64,000 bases of DNA from NCBI GenBank assembly GCA_937952265.1, contig CALFYW010000016.1, forward strand, positions 334,661 to 398,660, given 5' to 3'. The stretch's first letter is position 1; every line of letters starts with the position of its first letter. This stretch comes from an uncultured bacterium (GTDB lineage Bacteria; Patescibacteriota; Minisyncoccia; Phycocordibacterales; GCA-2401445). Positions 10,338 through 17,489 of the stretch are shown here, piece by piece. Made by a program: the position numbers and the translations under genes. The notes under the pieces are model-generated. The model did no database searches. It saw only the letters and a program-made list of their open reading frames with translations, and had not been told where the DNA came from.

Positions 10338-11623
10338 GCACCTTTCGTATTATTTTTACGGTTGTAATAATTGCGTTTGCCGTATTGGGCATGATCGTTA
10401 TTGCGACTTTTCGAGGTGGAGATACCGCGGCATTTGGAAATACAAATGGTGCCGTGGTGGTATGGGGAACTCTACCACAGGAGATGATGGGCCCTTTTGT
10501 TGCGACACTTCGCCAACAGTTTGAAGGGTTTGAGGTAACCTATGTTGAAAAACAGCCCGAAGCTTTTGACCAAGAGCTTGTTGAAGCAATCGCGAGCGGG
10601 AGGAGCCCGGATGTCGCCCTTTTGCCGAGCGAGCTCATCCTTCGATTTGAAGATAAGGTTTCTATGATCCCCTATGATTATTTAAGTGAGCGTGATTTTC
10701 GTGATGATTTTATTGAAGGAAGCGAAATTTATCTTTCTCCGCAAGGTATTATAGGGCTCCCATTTGTGGTAGACCCGTTGGTGATGTATTGGAATCGAGA
10801 TTTATTTGCGAATGCACGAAAAACATTACCGCCTACTACCTGGGAAGAAGTAAAATTGCTGGCTCGAGAGATGACGATTCAAACTCAGGGAGTCATTACT
10901 ACTTCCGCCATCGCGCTTGGGGAATGGAGAAATATTACCCACGCAAAAGAAATTTTCGCGCACCTCTTGCTTGCCGGTGGCAACCCTATTGTTTCTCGAA
11001 CTTCCCAGGGTCTTACCAGCGTATTGGGAAACTCATTTAATAAATCCCCTATTCCTGCAGAAGCGGCGCTTATCTTTTATACCGATTTTTCAAACCCCAA
11101 TCAGTTGGTGTATTCCTGGAATCGCGCGCTTCGTCCCTCTCGCGAAATGTTTCTCGCGGGGAAGCTCGGAATCTATTTTGGCCTAGGGAGTGATGTGCTC
11201 GGGCTCCATGAAGCAAATCCGAATCTTAATTTTGATGTTGCCGAGATACCGCGCACGCAGGGTGCTGACAGTGCTCGTGGTTTTGGAAAATTCCATGCGT
11301 TTTCAGTGCTTCGTTCCGCACCAAACCCTTCGGGCGCGTTTACTGCAGCGCAGGTCTTTACGAGCCCTGAAGCAGGCACGCTGTTTACTACCTACAGCAC
11401 ATTCGCACCCGCGCGCCGCGCGCTTCTCGCTGAGACCCCCACTGATCCGTTTCGTGCAAGTTTTTTCCGCGCGGCAATTATCGCGCGCGCATGGCTTGAC
11501 CCGAACCCACAAGAAAGCGACAGTGTCTTTCAAGAGATGATTGAGAGCGCGTCTTCAGGAAGCGCGCGTATTAACCAGGCAGTATTGCGCGCGCATGAGG
11601 CGCTCCGCCGCTTATTGCAGTAG
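10334..11623 (+). CDS. Extracellular solute-binding-protein-like (family 1 SBP fold), N-terminal TM anchor
   Basis: N-terminal TM helix, then VVVWGTLPQE..., a sugar-SBP-like beta-alpha pattern. No permease or ATPase partner genes nearby. Confidence 0.6.
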   Translation: MSTFRIIFTVVIIAFAVLGMIVIATFRGGDTAAFGNTNGAVVVWGTLPQEMMGPFVATLRQQFEGFEVTYVEKQPEAFDQELVEAIASGRSPDVALLPSELILRFEDKVSMIPYDYLSERDFRDDFIEGSEIYLSPQGIIGLPFVVDPLVMYWNRDLFANARKTLPPTTWEEVKLLAREMTIQTQGVITTSAIALGEWRNITHAKEIFAHLLLAGGNPIVSRTSQGLTSVLGNSFNKSPIPAEAALIFYTDFSNPNQLVYSWNRALRPSREMFLAGKLGIYFGLGSDVLGLHEANPNLNFDVAEIPRTQGADSARGFGKFHAFSVLRSAPNPSGAFTAAQVFTSPEAGTLFTTYSTFAPARRALLAETPTDPFRASFFRAAIIARAWLDPNPQESDSVFQEMIESASSGSARINQAVLRAHEALRRLLQ

Positions 11624-11627
11624 CATT

Positions 11628-12011
11628 ATGAGATATTTCTCTATTTTATTTCTCCTTTTTCTTCCGTATAGTGCGCGCGCGCAAACAGGGCTCGTGCCGT
11701 GCAACGGAACTAAAGAATCTCCCTGTGACTTTAACGCGCTTCTCATGTTGGTCAATAACCTGCTTGATTTTGCCATACTTATTGCAATGCCGATTGCGGC
11801 AATCATGTTTGCGTGGGCGGGATTTCGATACCTTACCGCGGGCGGAGATACGTGGCGTATTCAAGAGACCCATGAGATATTTAAGAAGGTGGGTATCGGG
11901 CTTTTAGTGGTGCTTTCCGCGGTGCTTATCGTGAAAACCATTCTTGTTGCCCTCGGAAATCCCGATGTGATCCCTTTCTTTATTGGATTTTCGGAAAATC
12001 GCATGAGCTAA
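11628..12011 (+). CDS. VirB2/TrbC-like (T4SS-pilin-like) small protein, paralog 1
   Basis: Signal peptide (ARA|QTG), then two hydrophobic helices around a charged loop: ...AIMFAWAGFRYLTAGGD..HEIFKKVGIGLLVVLSAVLIV. Start chosen at the internal Met after the upstream stop. Confidence 0.6.
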   Translation: MRYFSILFLLFLPYSARAQTGLVPCNGTKESPCDFNALLMLVNNLLDFAILIAMPIAAIMFAWAGFRYLTAGGDTWRIQETHEIFKKVGIGLLVVLSAVLIVKTILVALGNPDVIPFFIGFSENRMS

Positions 12012-12025
12012 TCTTAAATTATTTT

Positions 12026-12418
12026 ATGACACACTTTTTTTATCGGTATCCTCGGGCACTCGTCGTGATGTTTGTCCTATTATTGATGATCTTGCCACAA
12101 GTAGTTGGGGCGCAACCCCCTTTCCCTGGAGAACAATCACCGACGACCATCCAAAGCCCACTCGCTGGCAATATCGATTCACTCCAAGAGCTTGTCGAAA
12201 AAATTTTGCGGGATATCGTGATACCAATCGGCACGCCAATTGCGGTATTAATTATCATTTATACCGGTTTTCTTTTTGTTACCGCGCGTGGCAATGTAGA
12301 GAAGCTCCAACGAGCGCGAACGGCATTTTTTTGGGCTATTATTGGCACGGCTATTCTTCTCGGATCATGGGTTATTGCTGAAGTGATTGGCGGTACAGTA
12401 AACGAGCTCACAAATTAA
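12026..12418 (+). CDS. VirB2/TrbC-like small protein, paralog 2
   Basis: Signal peptide (VGA|QPP); core IAVLIIIYTGFLFVTARGNVEKLQRARTAFFWAIIGTAILLGSWVIAEVI. Confidence 0.65.
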   Translation: MTHFFYRYPRALVVMFVLLLMILPQVVGAQPPFPGEQSPTTIQSPLAGNIDSLQELVEKILRDIVIPIGTPIAVLIIIYTGFLFVTARGNVEKLQRARTAFFWAIIGTAILLGSWVIAEVIGGTVNELTN

Positions 12419-12423
12419 TTTCT

Positions 12424-12678
12424 ATGGGAAATACTCCTCAAAGCTTTTCTGAACTGGTAGGGATTGTAGTTGGGCTCGTTCAGAGTATGATTCCGGTGGT
12501 GGTTGCATTAGCGCTCCTCGTCTTCCTTTGGGGGTTGGCGCGCTTTATCTTCCACGCGGGGGATGTAGGTGCCAAAGAGCACGGGAAGCAGATTATGTTT
12601 TGGGGTTCAATCGCGCTTTTTACCATGGTAGCCATTTGGGGAATCATCATCTTTTTTAGAAGTTCACTTGGTTTTTAG
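12424..12678 (+). CDS. VirB2/TrbC-like small protein, paralog 3
   Basis: ALALLVFLWGLARFIFHAGDVGAKEHGKQIMFWGSIALFTMVAIWGIIIF. Confidence 0.65.
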   Translation: MGNTPQSFSELVGIVVGLVQSMIPVVVALALLVFLWGLARFIFHAGDVGAKEHGKQIMFWGSIALFTMVAIWGIIIFFRSSLGF

Positions 12679-12784
12679 CCTATCCACAGCGTATGTTGTT
12701 TAGGAAATCTGTTTCCGCTATGATTAGGGGGTTAGTTGGTCGTGCTATTTTTATTCATAGTAATTTAAATTATTCATTAATATT

Positions 12785-13183
12785 ATGAAGTCGTTTTATA
12801 AGGGCCTCGTTATGGGAGGGTTGGTGCTTACGCCAGTTATTACACTTGCGCAAACCAACGTATCGGTATCTACTGGTACCAATCCAGACCTCAATAATAT
12901 CCAATCATTGGTGCAATCCCTTGGAAGCATCATCGACTCCCTTATCCCAATTGTGCTTACGCTTGGGTTGCTCGCCTTCTTTTGGGGGCTTGCTGTCTTT
13001 ATCTTTTCTGCAGGCGATGAAGAGAAGAAAACCAAAGGAAAAAATATCATGTTCTGGGGGATTATTGCCCTCTTTGTCATGGTAGCTATTTGGGGTATTG
13101 TAGCCTTCATTAGTAGCGCGCTTGGAATTGGAGTAGGAGGCACCGCGCCAACTCCCGCAGTAAATCCGAACGCATTCCAATAA
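12785..13183 (+). CDS. VirB2/TrbC-like small protein, paralog 4
   Basis: Signal peptide (TLA|QTN); LGLLAFFWGLAVFIFSAGDEEKKTKGKNIMFWGIIALFVMVAIWGIVAF. Confidence 0.65.
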   Translation: MKSFYKGLVMGGLVLTPVITLAQTNVSVSTGTNPDLNNIQSLVQSLGSIIDSLIPIVLTLGLLAFFWGLAVFIFSAGDEEKKTKGKNIMFWGIIALFVMVAIWGIVAFISSALGIGVGGTAPTPAVNPNAFQ

Positions 13184-13192
13184 GAGCGCTTC

Positions 13193-13468
13193 ATGTTTGA
13201 TGAAGCGCTACGTGCGGCTCCGCCACCTATTGTCGGAAGGTTCATTGAGGTCATTATCAACCCAGCGATTCTCCTTCTCTTTGTGGTTGCATTACTTGTC
13301 TTTTTCTGGGGGATTGTTGAATTTATTGGAGGAATGGAAAATGAAGAACGGCGTGATGCAGGGAAGCGGCATTTAGTATGGGGAGTTATTGGTATGTTTG
13401 TGATGGTCTCTGTGTGGGGGATTTTAGGGATTGTGCTTGGTACTTTTGGCATCCCACTCCCGTTTTAG
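13193..13468 (+). CDS. VirB2/TrbC-like small protein, paralog 5
   Basis: VALLVFFWGIVEFIGGMENEERRDAGKRHLVWGVIGMFVMVSVWGILGIV. Confidence 0.6.
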   Translation: MFDEALRAAPPPIVGRFIEVIINPAILLLFVVALLVFFWGIVEFIGGMENEERRDAGKRHLVWGVIGMFVMVSVWGILGIVLGTFGIPLPF

Positions 13469-13482
13469 GTTGAGGGTAAATA

Positions 13483-13520
13483 AAAAAAGAAACCAGCACG
13501 TCAAGCGCGGTGGTTTTCTG
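13483..13520. terminator. Hairpin between the convergent pilin array and the paralog A gene
   Basis: aaaaaaag-AACCAGCACGTCAAGCGCGGTGGTT-ttct. An imperfect stem with an A-run on one side and a T-run on the other. Confidence 0.35.
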
Positions 13521-13532
13521 TAAAGAATTCTT

Positions 13533-14069
13533 TCAGTCTATTACTTCAAGAATTAAAGTAACCGATTCTTCCTCTGATGCCCCGTCAGCCTTCATTTTTC
13601 CAACCCAGCGTTTGTATGCCGATTTGGTATCAGGTAATAAATACCACTGACCGGTACTTTTGTTTGGCCTGTGTTGAACATACCTGCCAAATTTTGGGTT
13701 TTTTACCCTATCCCAAAACATCCGGTCATTTTGACGACCTTCTTCTGCAGAGACGATTTCAAATACAAAGTCATCATTTCTGATCACGTATACTTCAAAT
13801 CGTTTTTCAGTTTGTTTTGGGTTATACCCCTCAACCCCCGGCGGCTTCACCCACGAAAGCTCATACCGAGGACGTTCCTGTACCACGGCGTGCTCTTTCT
13901 GTAGGGCTTTAAATCCCGAAACAAAGGAAGCAGCAATCCATACAAGGATCAGTATGATAACCACACGAATACAGGTCTTCCGGATGGTAGCAAACACATC
14001 ATTAGGTAATTCATTCATAACGGTATTTTCAAGGTATACTCTAGAACCACTCTCGCTTGATACAAACAT
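13533..14069 (-). CDS. Hypothetical membrane-anchored protein, paralog A of a tandem pair
   Basis: N-terminal TM segment, then the conserved core YELSWVKPPGVEGYNPKQ...VIRNDDFVFEIV...RMFWD...WYLLPD, shared with the neighbouring ORF. Confidence 0.5.
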   Translation of the reverse strand: MFVSSESGSRVYLENTVMNELPNDVFATIRKTCIRVVIILILVWIAASFVSGFKALQKEHAVVQERPRYELSWVKPPGVEGYNPKQTEKRFEVYVIRNDDFVFEIVSAEEGRQNDRMFWDRVKNPKFGRYVQHRPNKSTGQWYLLPDTKSAYKRWVGKMKADGASEEESVTLILEVID

Positions 14070-14095
14070 ATCTCACCCCTCAAATCAAGCAAAAG

Positions 14096-14124
14096 AAAAC
14101 CGCTATGTGTACCATAGCGGTTTT
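14096..14124 (-). terminator. Rho-independent terminator after paralog B
   Basis: Perfect palindrome AAAACCGCTATG-tgtac-CATAGCGGTTTT. On the minus strand it is followed by TTTTCTTTTG. Confidence 0.6.
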
Positions 14125-14139
14125 GTGTAAAGAACAGTG

Positions 14140-14673
14140 TTAGTTGGTTTGTTTGAGGATGAGGGTAGACCACGCCCCTTTGCTGTTTGAATTTCGTATC
14201 CCCCCAACCCACTGAACACCATGTACTGATGAAGGATCTGGTTTTAAGTACCATTCTCCAGTTCCCAGTTCAGGATGGTTCGAGAGCGTGTATTCCCCAT
14301 ATGCGGATCTGGTTTTGTCCCAGAACATTCTTCCTTTTCCAGACTTCCCCTCATGGCGATAAGAGTAGACTATCTCGAATACGAATTCATCATTTCGAAT
14401 CACAGTAACAGGGATTTTTGCTTCGCGTTGCTGAGGCACATTTCCTGCTACCTCAGGTGGTTTCACCCATGAGAGTTCATACTGGGGAGCACTGGTTGTT
14501 TTTGGTGTGGAGGTGTTTCCACTTTGCTTCATTACATCTTCGCATGAAGGGAGTATTGTCGTAATGCCGATAAGTATCAAGACAATAAAGAATGTCCTGA
14601 TCGCCCACTTAGGAAGTGTCGGTTTTTTTACCGATGGTTTTTTTGTGAGATCGGGGATTTTTCGTTCTGCCAT
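14140..14673 (-). CDS. Hypothetical membrane-anchored protein, paralog B of a tandem pair
   Basis: YELSWVKPPEVAGNVPQQ...VIRNDEFVFEIV...RMFWD...WYLKPD. Same architecture as 13533..14069. Confidence 0.5.
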   Translation of the reverse strand: MAERKIPDLTKKPSVKKPTLPKWAIRTFFIVLILIGITTILPSCEDVMKQSGNTSTPKTTSAPQYELSWVKPPEVAGNVPQQREAKIPVTVIRNDEFVFEIVYSYRHEGKSGKGRMFWDKTRSAYGEYTLSNHPELGTGEWYLKPDPSSVHGVQWVGGIRNSNSKGAWSTLILKQTN

Positions 14674-14681
14674 AACCCCTC

Positions 14682-15632
14682 CTAATTTTGAGTATTTCCT
14701 TGGTTGCGTCGAAAGGTTGCAGCGGCACCGATTAATGAATCGGGGCCATCGATGATGATACGTTCTTGCTTCATCTTCTCCCGTTCAGTCAGGAAGATGT
14801 AGGCCGCTATTTCTGGCGTTACTCCATTCTCTTTAGAGATTTTGTTAATGCTTTCAATAACGAAATCTCGTTCAAGAATTTCGCCTTCCCGTTCGCGCGC
14901 TTCAGTTGCCGCACGTTCAAATGCATTACGAGTATCCTCGTTTGCAAAGGTAATATAGGGCACATTCACGTTGAGTGTAAGGGCGCCCCATCGCGCAGTT
15001 TGGTTGCCAATGCCGTCAATAATTTCTTCTCCGAGCTTTTCTCGCATGAGAAGAAATTCGACCGGATTTGCAGTAGTTGCAACTCGGCGTACCGAGCTGA
15101 TGATCGCAAGATGAAATCCTTCTGCTACCACAGCTTCCCCTGTAGAGAGGATTCTCCACGGGTCAAAGATCATCCATTGGACGCCGGCACTGACCAACAT
15201 GTTTGCGCTTTGTCCTTCAGGATCATCTTTTCTACGTACGAGGAATTCGAATTCCTCAATCGCGGATGTTTGTTCTCGCAGATCAATGATTTCAATTCCC
15301 ATAAGAGGTGGGGGAAGGAGCCAGGTGGTTCCTTCGTTTACTAACCACGACCATGGCCGTACTCTTTTCCCGAGAATCAATGGCACCCCGCGAAACCCGA
15401 CATCTATGGTATTGAGCCCGTAGATGCCGAAATAGTAAAGCGAGACCCCGCTGACTAACAGGATCAGGATACTGAATAGGTTGAGTGCTTTAAGATACGA
15501 GAGCAGCCAAAACCAGAGTAAGAGTAAAAGAAGATTGAAGATAGTGCCCACGACAATCGTAAAGATTGGAGTAACACTGATAGCATCAATTCTATTACGC
15601 GCATCCTGTGCTTGCTGATTTACATCTGCCAT
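14682..15632 (-). CDS. SPFH/band-7 (stomatin/prohibitin-like) domain membrane protein
   Basis: N-terminal TM helices followed by a band-7 core (...VPLILGKRV...MLVSAGVQWMIFDPW...) and a C-terminal coiled-coil-rich segment. Confidence 0.7.
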   Translation of the reverse strand: MADVNQQAQDARNRIDAISVTPIFTIVVGTIFNLLLLLLWFWLLSYLKALNLFSILILLVSGVSLYYFGIYGLNTIDVGFRGVPLILGKRVRPWSWLVNEGTTWLLPPPLMGIEIIDLREQTSAIEEFEFLVRRKDDPEGQSANMLVSAGVQWMIFDPWRILSTGEAVVAEGFHLAIISSVRRVATTANPVEFLLMREKLGEEIIDGIGNQTARWGALTLNVNVPYITFANEDTRNAFERAATEAREREGEILERDFVIESINKISKENGVTPEIAAYIFLTEREKMKQERIIIDGPDSLIGAAATFRRNQGNTQN

Positions 15633-15723
15633 TTTTATTCCTTCTGTTTTTGTTAAACTACATCTATATATATGATAGCATAAAAATATATAAAAGTCAA
15701 GTATCAGTTTTGGCTTATGGTAA

Positions 15724-15753
15724 GAAAAAACCTGACATACAGAGTATGTCAGG
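15724..15753 (-). terminator. Rho-independent terminator after the response-regulator gene
   Basis: Stem CCTGACATAC-agag-TATGTCAGG. On the minus strand it is followed by TTTTTTCTT. Confidence 0.5.
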
Positions 15754-15778
15754 TTTGTGCGTGGAGAAGGTGAGAATG

Positions 15779-16180
15779 TTATCCCTCGGTTCCCGTTCCG
15801 TGTAATTGGCCGAGTTTTTCAAATCCTCTCACCAAGTCGGCAGCGGTAAAGGGCTTTTGGATGAACACATCTGCCTTAGAGTTTGAAATGATTCCACCAC
15901 CACTCAAGAGAATGATGAGTGGTCCACCTCCTCCACATGCGGCCCTCACCTTTTCGATGAGCCCTTCACCGTTGAGGACCGGCATGTGATAATCGGTAAT
16001 GATAATCTGGATTGAATCACGGTGTTCTTCCCACAGCATGAATGCTTCGTGCCCATTTTGTGATTCAAGAATAGTAACATCTGAGGGTATACGAACTTCC
16101 TCCCTTTTGATAATAAACTGAAGTAGCGCCAGTACCGATTTTCGTAGCATCTCTTGATCGTCCACAACCAGTATCTTCAT
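15779..16180 (-). CDS. Stand-alone response-regulator receiver domain (CheY-like)
   Basis: MKILVVDDQEMLRK...IITDYHMPVLNGEGLI...FIQKPF: phospho-acceptor Asp and the conserved K. No output domain. Confidence 0.8.
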   Translation of the reverse strand: MKILVVDDQEMLRKSVLALLQFIIKREEVRIPSDVTILESQNGHEAFMLWEEHRDSIQIIITDYHMPVLNGEGLIEKVRAACGGGGPLIILLSGGGIISNSKADVFIQKPFTAADLVRGFEKLGQLHGTGTEG

Positions 16181-16292
16181 CGCTTCATTCCTTTCGTTTG
16201 TTATTTACCCCTCGCACCTTTCTCTTAAAAGGAGCTCTACCATTAACTATAGCATATTATATCAAAAAGTCAATATCTACGATAGATGAGTC

Positions 16293-16445
16293 TGGTGGGC
16301 GAGGAGAGACTTGGTCACGAGTTCCCTCGCTTTGCTTCGGGACTCTCGACCCCAGCTCGCCTCCTTCGACTCACTCCGTTCGCTCAGGATGGCTCCGCTT
16401 TTCAAGTCTCTACGAAAGCAGATAAATCCGCTTTCTCCTCGCCCC
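16293..16445 (-). ncRNA. Structured ~153-nt element with a tRNA-like acceptor/T coaxial helix plus encoded CCA; function unknown
   Basis: Read on the minus strand, the 5' end GGGGCGAGGAGA pairs with the 3' end TCTCCTCGCCC-A-CCA in an 11-bp helix. The last 20 nt are identical to the 3' end of the adjacent tRNA-Leu genes. Internal hairpins are present, but D- and anticodon arms are not conserved. Confidence 0.3.
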
Positions 16446-16464
16446 AAAAGAACAGTCACTCAAG

Positions 16465-16546
16465 TGGGCGAGGAGAGACTTGAACTCTCACGGATTGCTC
16501 CATACGCCTCTGAAGCGCACGCGTCTACCAATTCCGCCACTCGCCC
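16465..16546 (-). tRNA. tRNA-Leu (anticodon CAG), long variable arm
   Basis: Hand-folded: GGGCGAG-TG-GCGG-AATTGGTAGA-CGC-G-TGCGC-TTCAGAG-GCGTA-[var]-GAGAG-TTCAAGT-CTCTC-CTCGCCC-A. CCA is not encoded. Confidence 0.85.
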
Positions 16547-16571
16547 ATTATTGTCCTGTAAAAAACATGTA

Positions 16572-16656
16572 TGGTGGGCGAGGAGAGACTTGAACTCTCA
16601 CTCCTTACGGAACACGGTCCTAAGCCGTGCGCGTCTACCAATTCCGCCACTCGCCC
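16572..16656 (-). tRNA. tRNA-Leu (anticodon TAG), CCA encoded
   Basis: Hand-folded cloverleaf; anticodon loop CTTAGGA. Acceptor/T arms are identical to tRNA-Leu(CAG). Confidence 0.9.
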
Positions 16657-16839
16657 TCGTATAAGCAAAGTACTTTGTTCCTGTAATTCTCTCTTCGCTC
16701 GTGTCCTCCCACCAGGCTCTCGAGCTACACTCGCTGGTAACTTTCGATTGAAGCTCTTGCGCTCGTTTCAATAATGAAAGTTCTTTTTCGCCCTAACACA
16801 GGTAACGCAGGTTACCTGCTCTGCGCGAATACCTGCGTG

Positions 16840-16912
16840 TCCGCCCACCAGGGCTCGAACCTGGGACCGTTCGCTTAAGAGGCGACTGCTCTACCAACTG
16901 AGCTATGGGCGG
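16840..16912 (-). tRNA. tRNA-Lys (anticodon CTT)
   Basis: CCGCCCA-TA-GCTC-AGTTGGTA-GAGC-A-GTCGC-CTCTTAA-GCGAA-CGGTC-CCAGG-TTCGAGC-CCTGG-TGGGCGG-A. There is a G27·A43 mismatch in the anticodon stem. Confidence 0.8.
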
Positions 16913-16963
16913 TTTTTCAAACTCTTACTGTACCATATTACAGAGCTTTTTCTACTTTTATCG

Positions 16964-17048
16964 TGGTGCCCGAGGTGGGAATCGAACCCACACTCCTTAC
17001 GGAACTCGATCTTAAGTCGAGCGCGTCTACCAATTCCGCCACCCGGGC
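16964..17048 (-). tRNA. tRNA-Leu (anticodon TAA), CCA encoded
   Basis: GCCCGGG-TG-GCGG-AATTGGTAGA-CGC-G-CTCGA-CTTAAGA-TCGAG-[var]-GTGGG-TTCGATT-CCCAC-CTCGGGC-A-CCA. Confidence 0.9.
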
Positions 17049-17086
17049 TTGTATTAACGAAATGTATCTATGACGAAAATTTCGTG

Positions 17087-17158
17087 AGGCCACGGCGAGA
17101 ATCGAACTCGCGTGTAGAGCTTTTGCAGAGCTCTGCCTTACCACTTGGCTACGTGGCC
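17087..17158 (-). tRNA. tRNA-Cys (anticodon GCA)
   Basis: GGCCACG-TA-GCC-AAGTGGTAA-GGC-A-GAGCT-CTGCAAA-AGCTC-TACAC-GCGAG-TTCGATT-CTCGC-CGTGGCC-T. Confidence 0.9.
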
Positions 17159-17484
17159 TGTGTATCTTCGTTGCTGAGGCTTTCAATATTCTGTCGGTTC
17201 TTTTCTCCAGCGTCAACCATAACCGTGAAGTGGGGGATACGGACGAGCTTGCTATGTTTTTTAAGATATGCCTGTAGATCTCGACGTCGTCGATTAAGGA
17301 ATGCCTCTACTTTTTCTTCGTAAGTATTAGGAAAGACGCTCACAAAGATCGTTCCTTGAGCGAGGTCGTCTGAAAGTACGACGCGGGTTACCGTAATAAG
17401 CGATTGGCCACTTGATTCCCGTTGGAAGAACGTAGCGGCGGCTTCGCGGATTACTTCTTGGCTTCGTGCGTGGGTAAAGCTCAT
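17149..17484 (-). CDS. rbfA: Ribosome-binding factor A
   Basis: MSFTHARSQEVIREAAATFF...VTRVVLSDDL... is the RbfA KH-like pattern. Located immediately downstream of infB, as usual. Confidence 0.8.
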   Translation of the reverse strand: MSFTHARSQEVIREAAATFFQRESSGQSLITVTRVVLSDDLAQGTIFVSVFPNTYEEKVEAFLNRRRRDLQAYLKKHSKLVRIPHFTVMVDAGEKNRQNIESLSNEDTQAT

Positions 17485-17489
17485 AGCCT

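Noticed and set aside
16293-16445. Interpreting the tRNA-like element as tmRNA, tRNA-Sec or an intron-containing tRNA
   Set aside because: At 153 nt it is far too short for tmRNA and lacks a T-arm stem. D and anticodon arms are absent, so it is not an interrupted tRNA. It is too long and wrongly organised for tRNA-Sec.
16198-16774. ORFs 16198-16425, 16286-16483, 16311-16664 and 16571-16774 spanning the tRNA cluster
   Set aside because: They read straight through tRNA genes and the tRNA-like element. Their translations (e.g. ...GEERLELS... repeated) are simply the tRNA acceptor/T-arm sequence in protein space.
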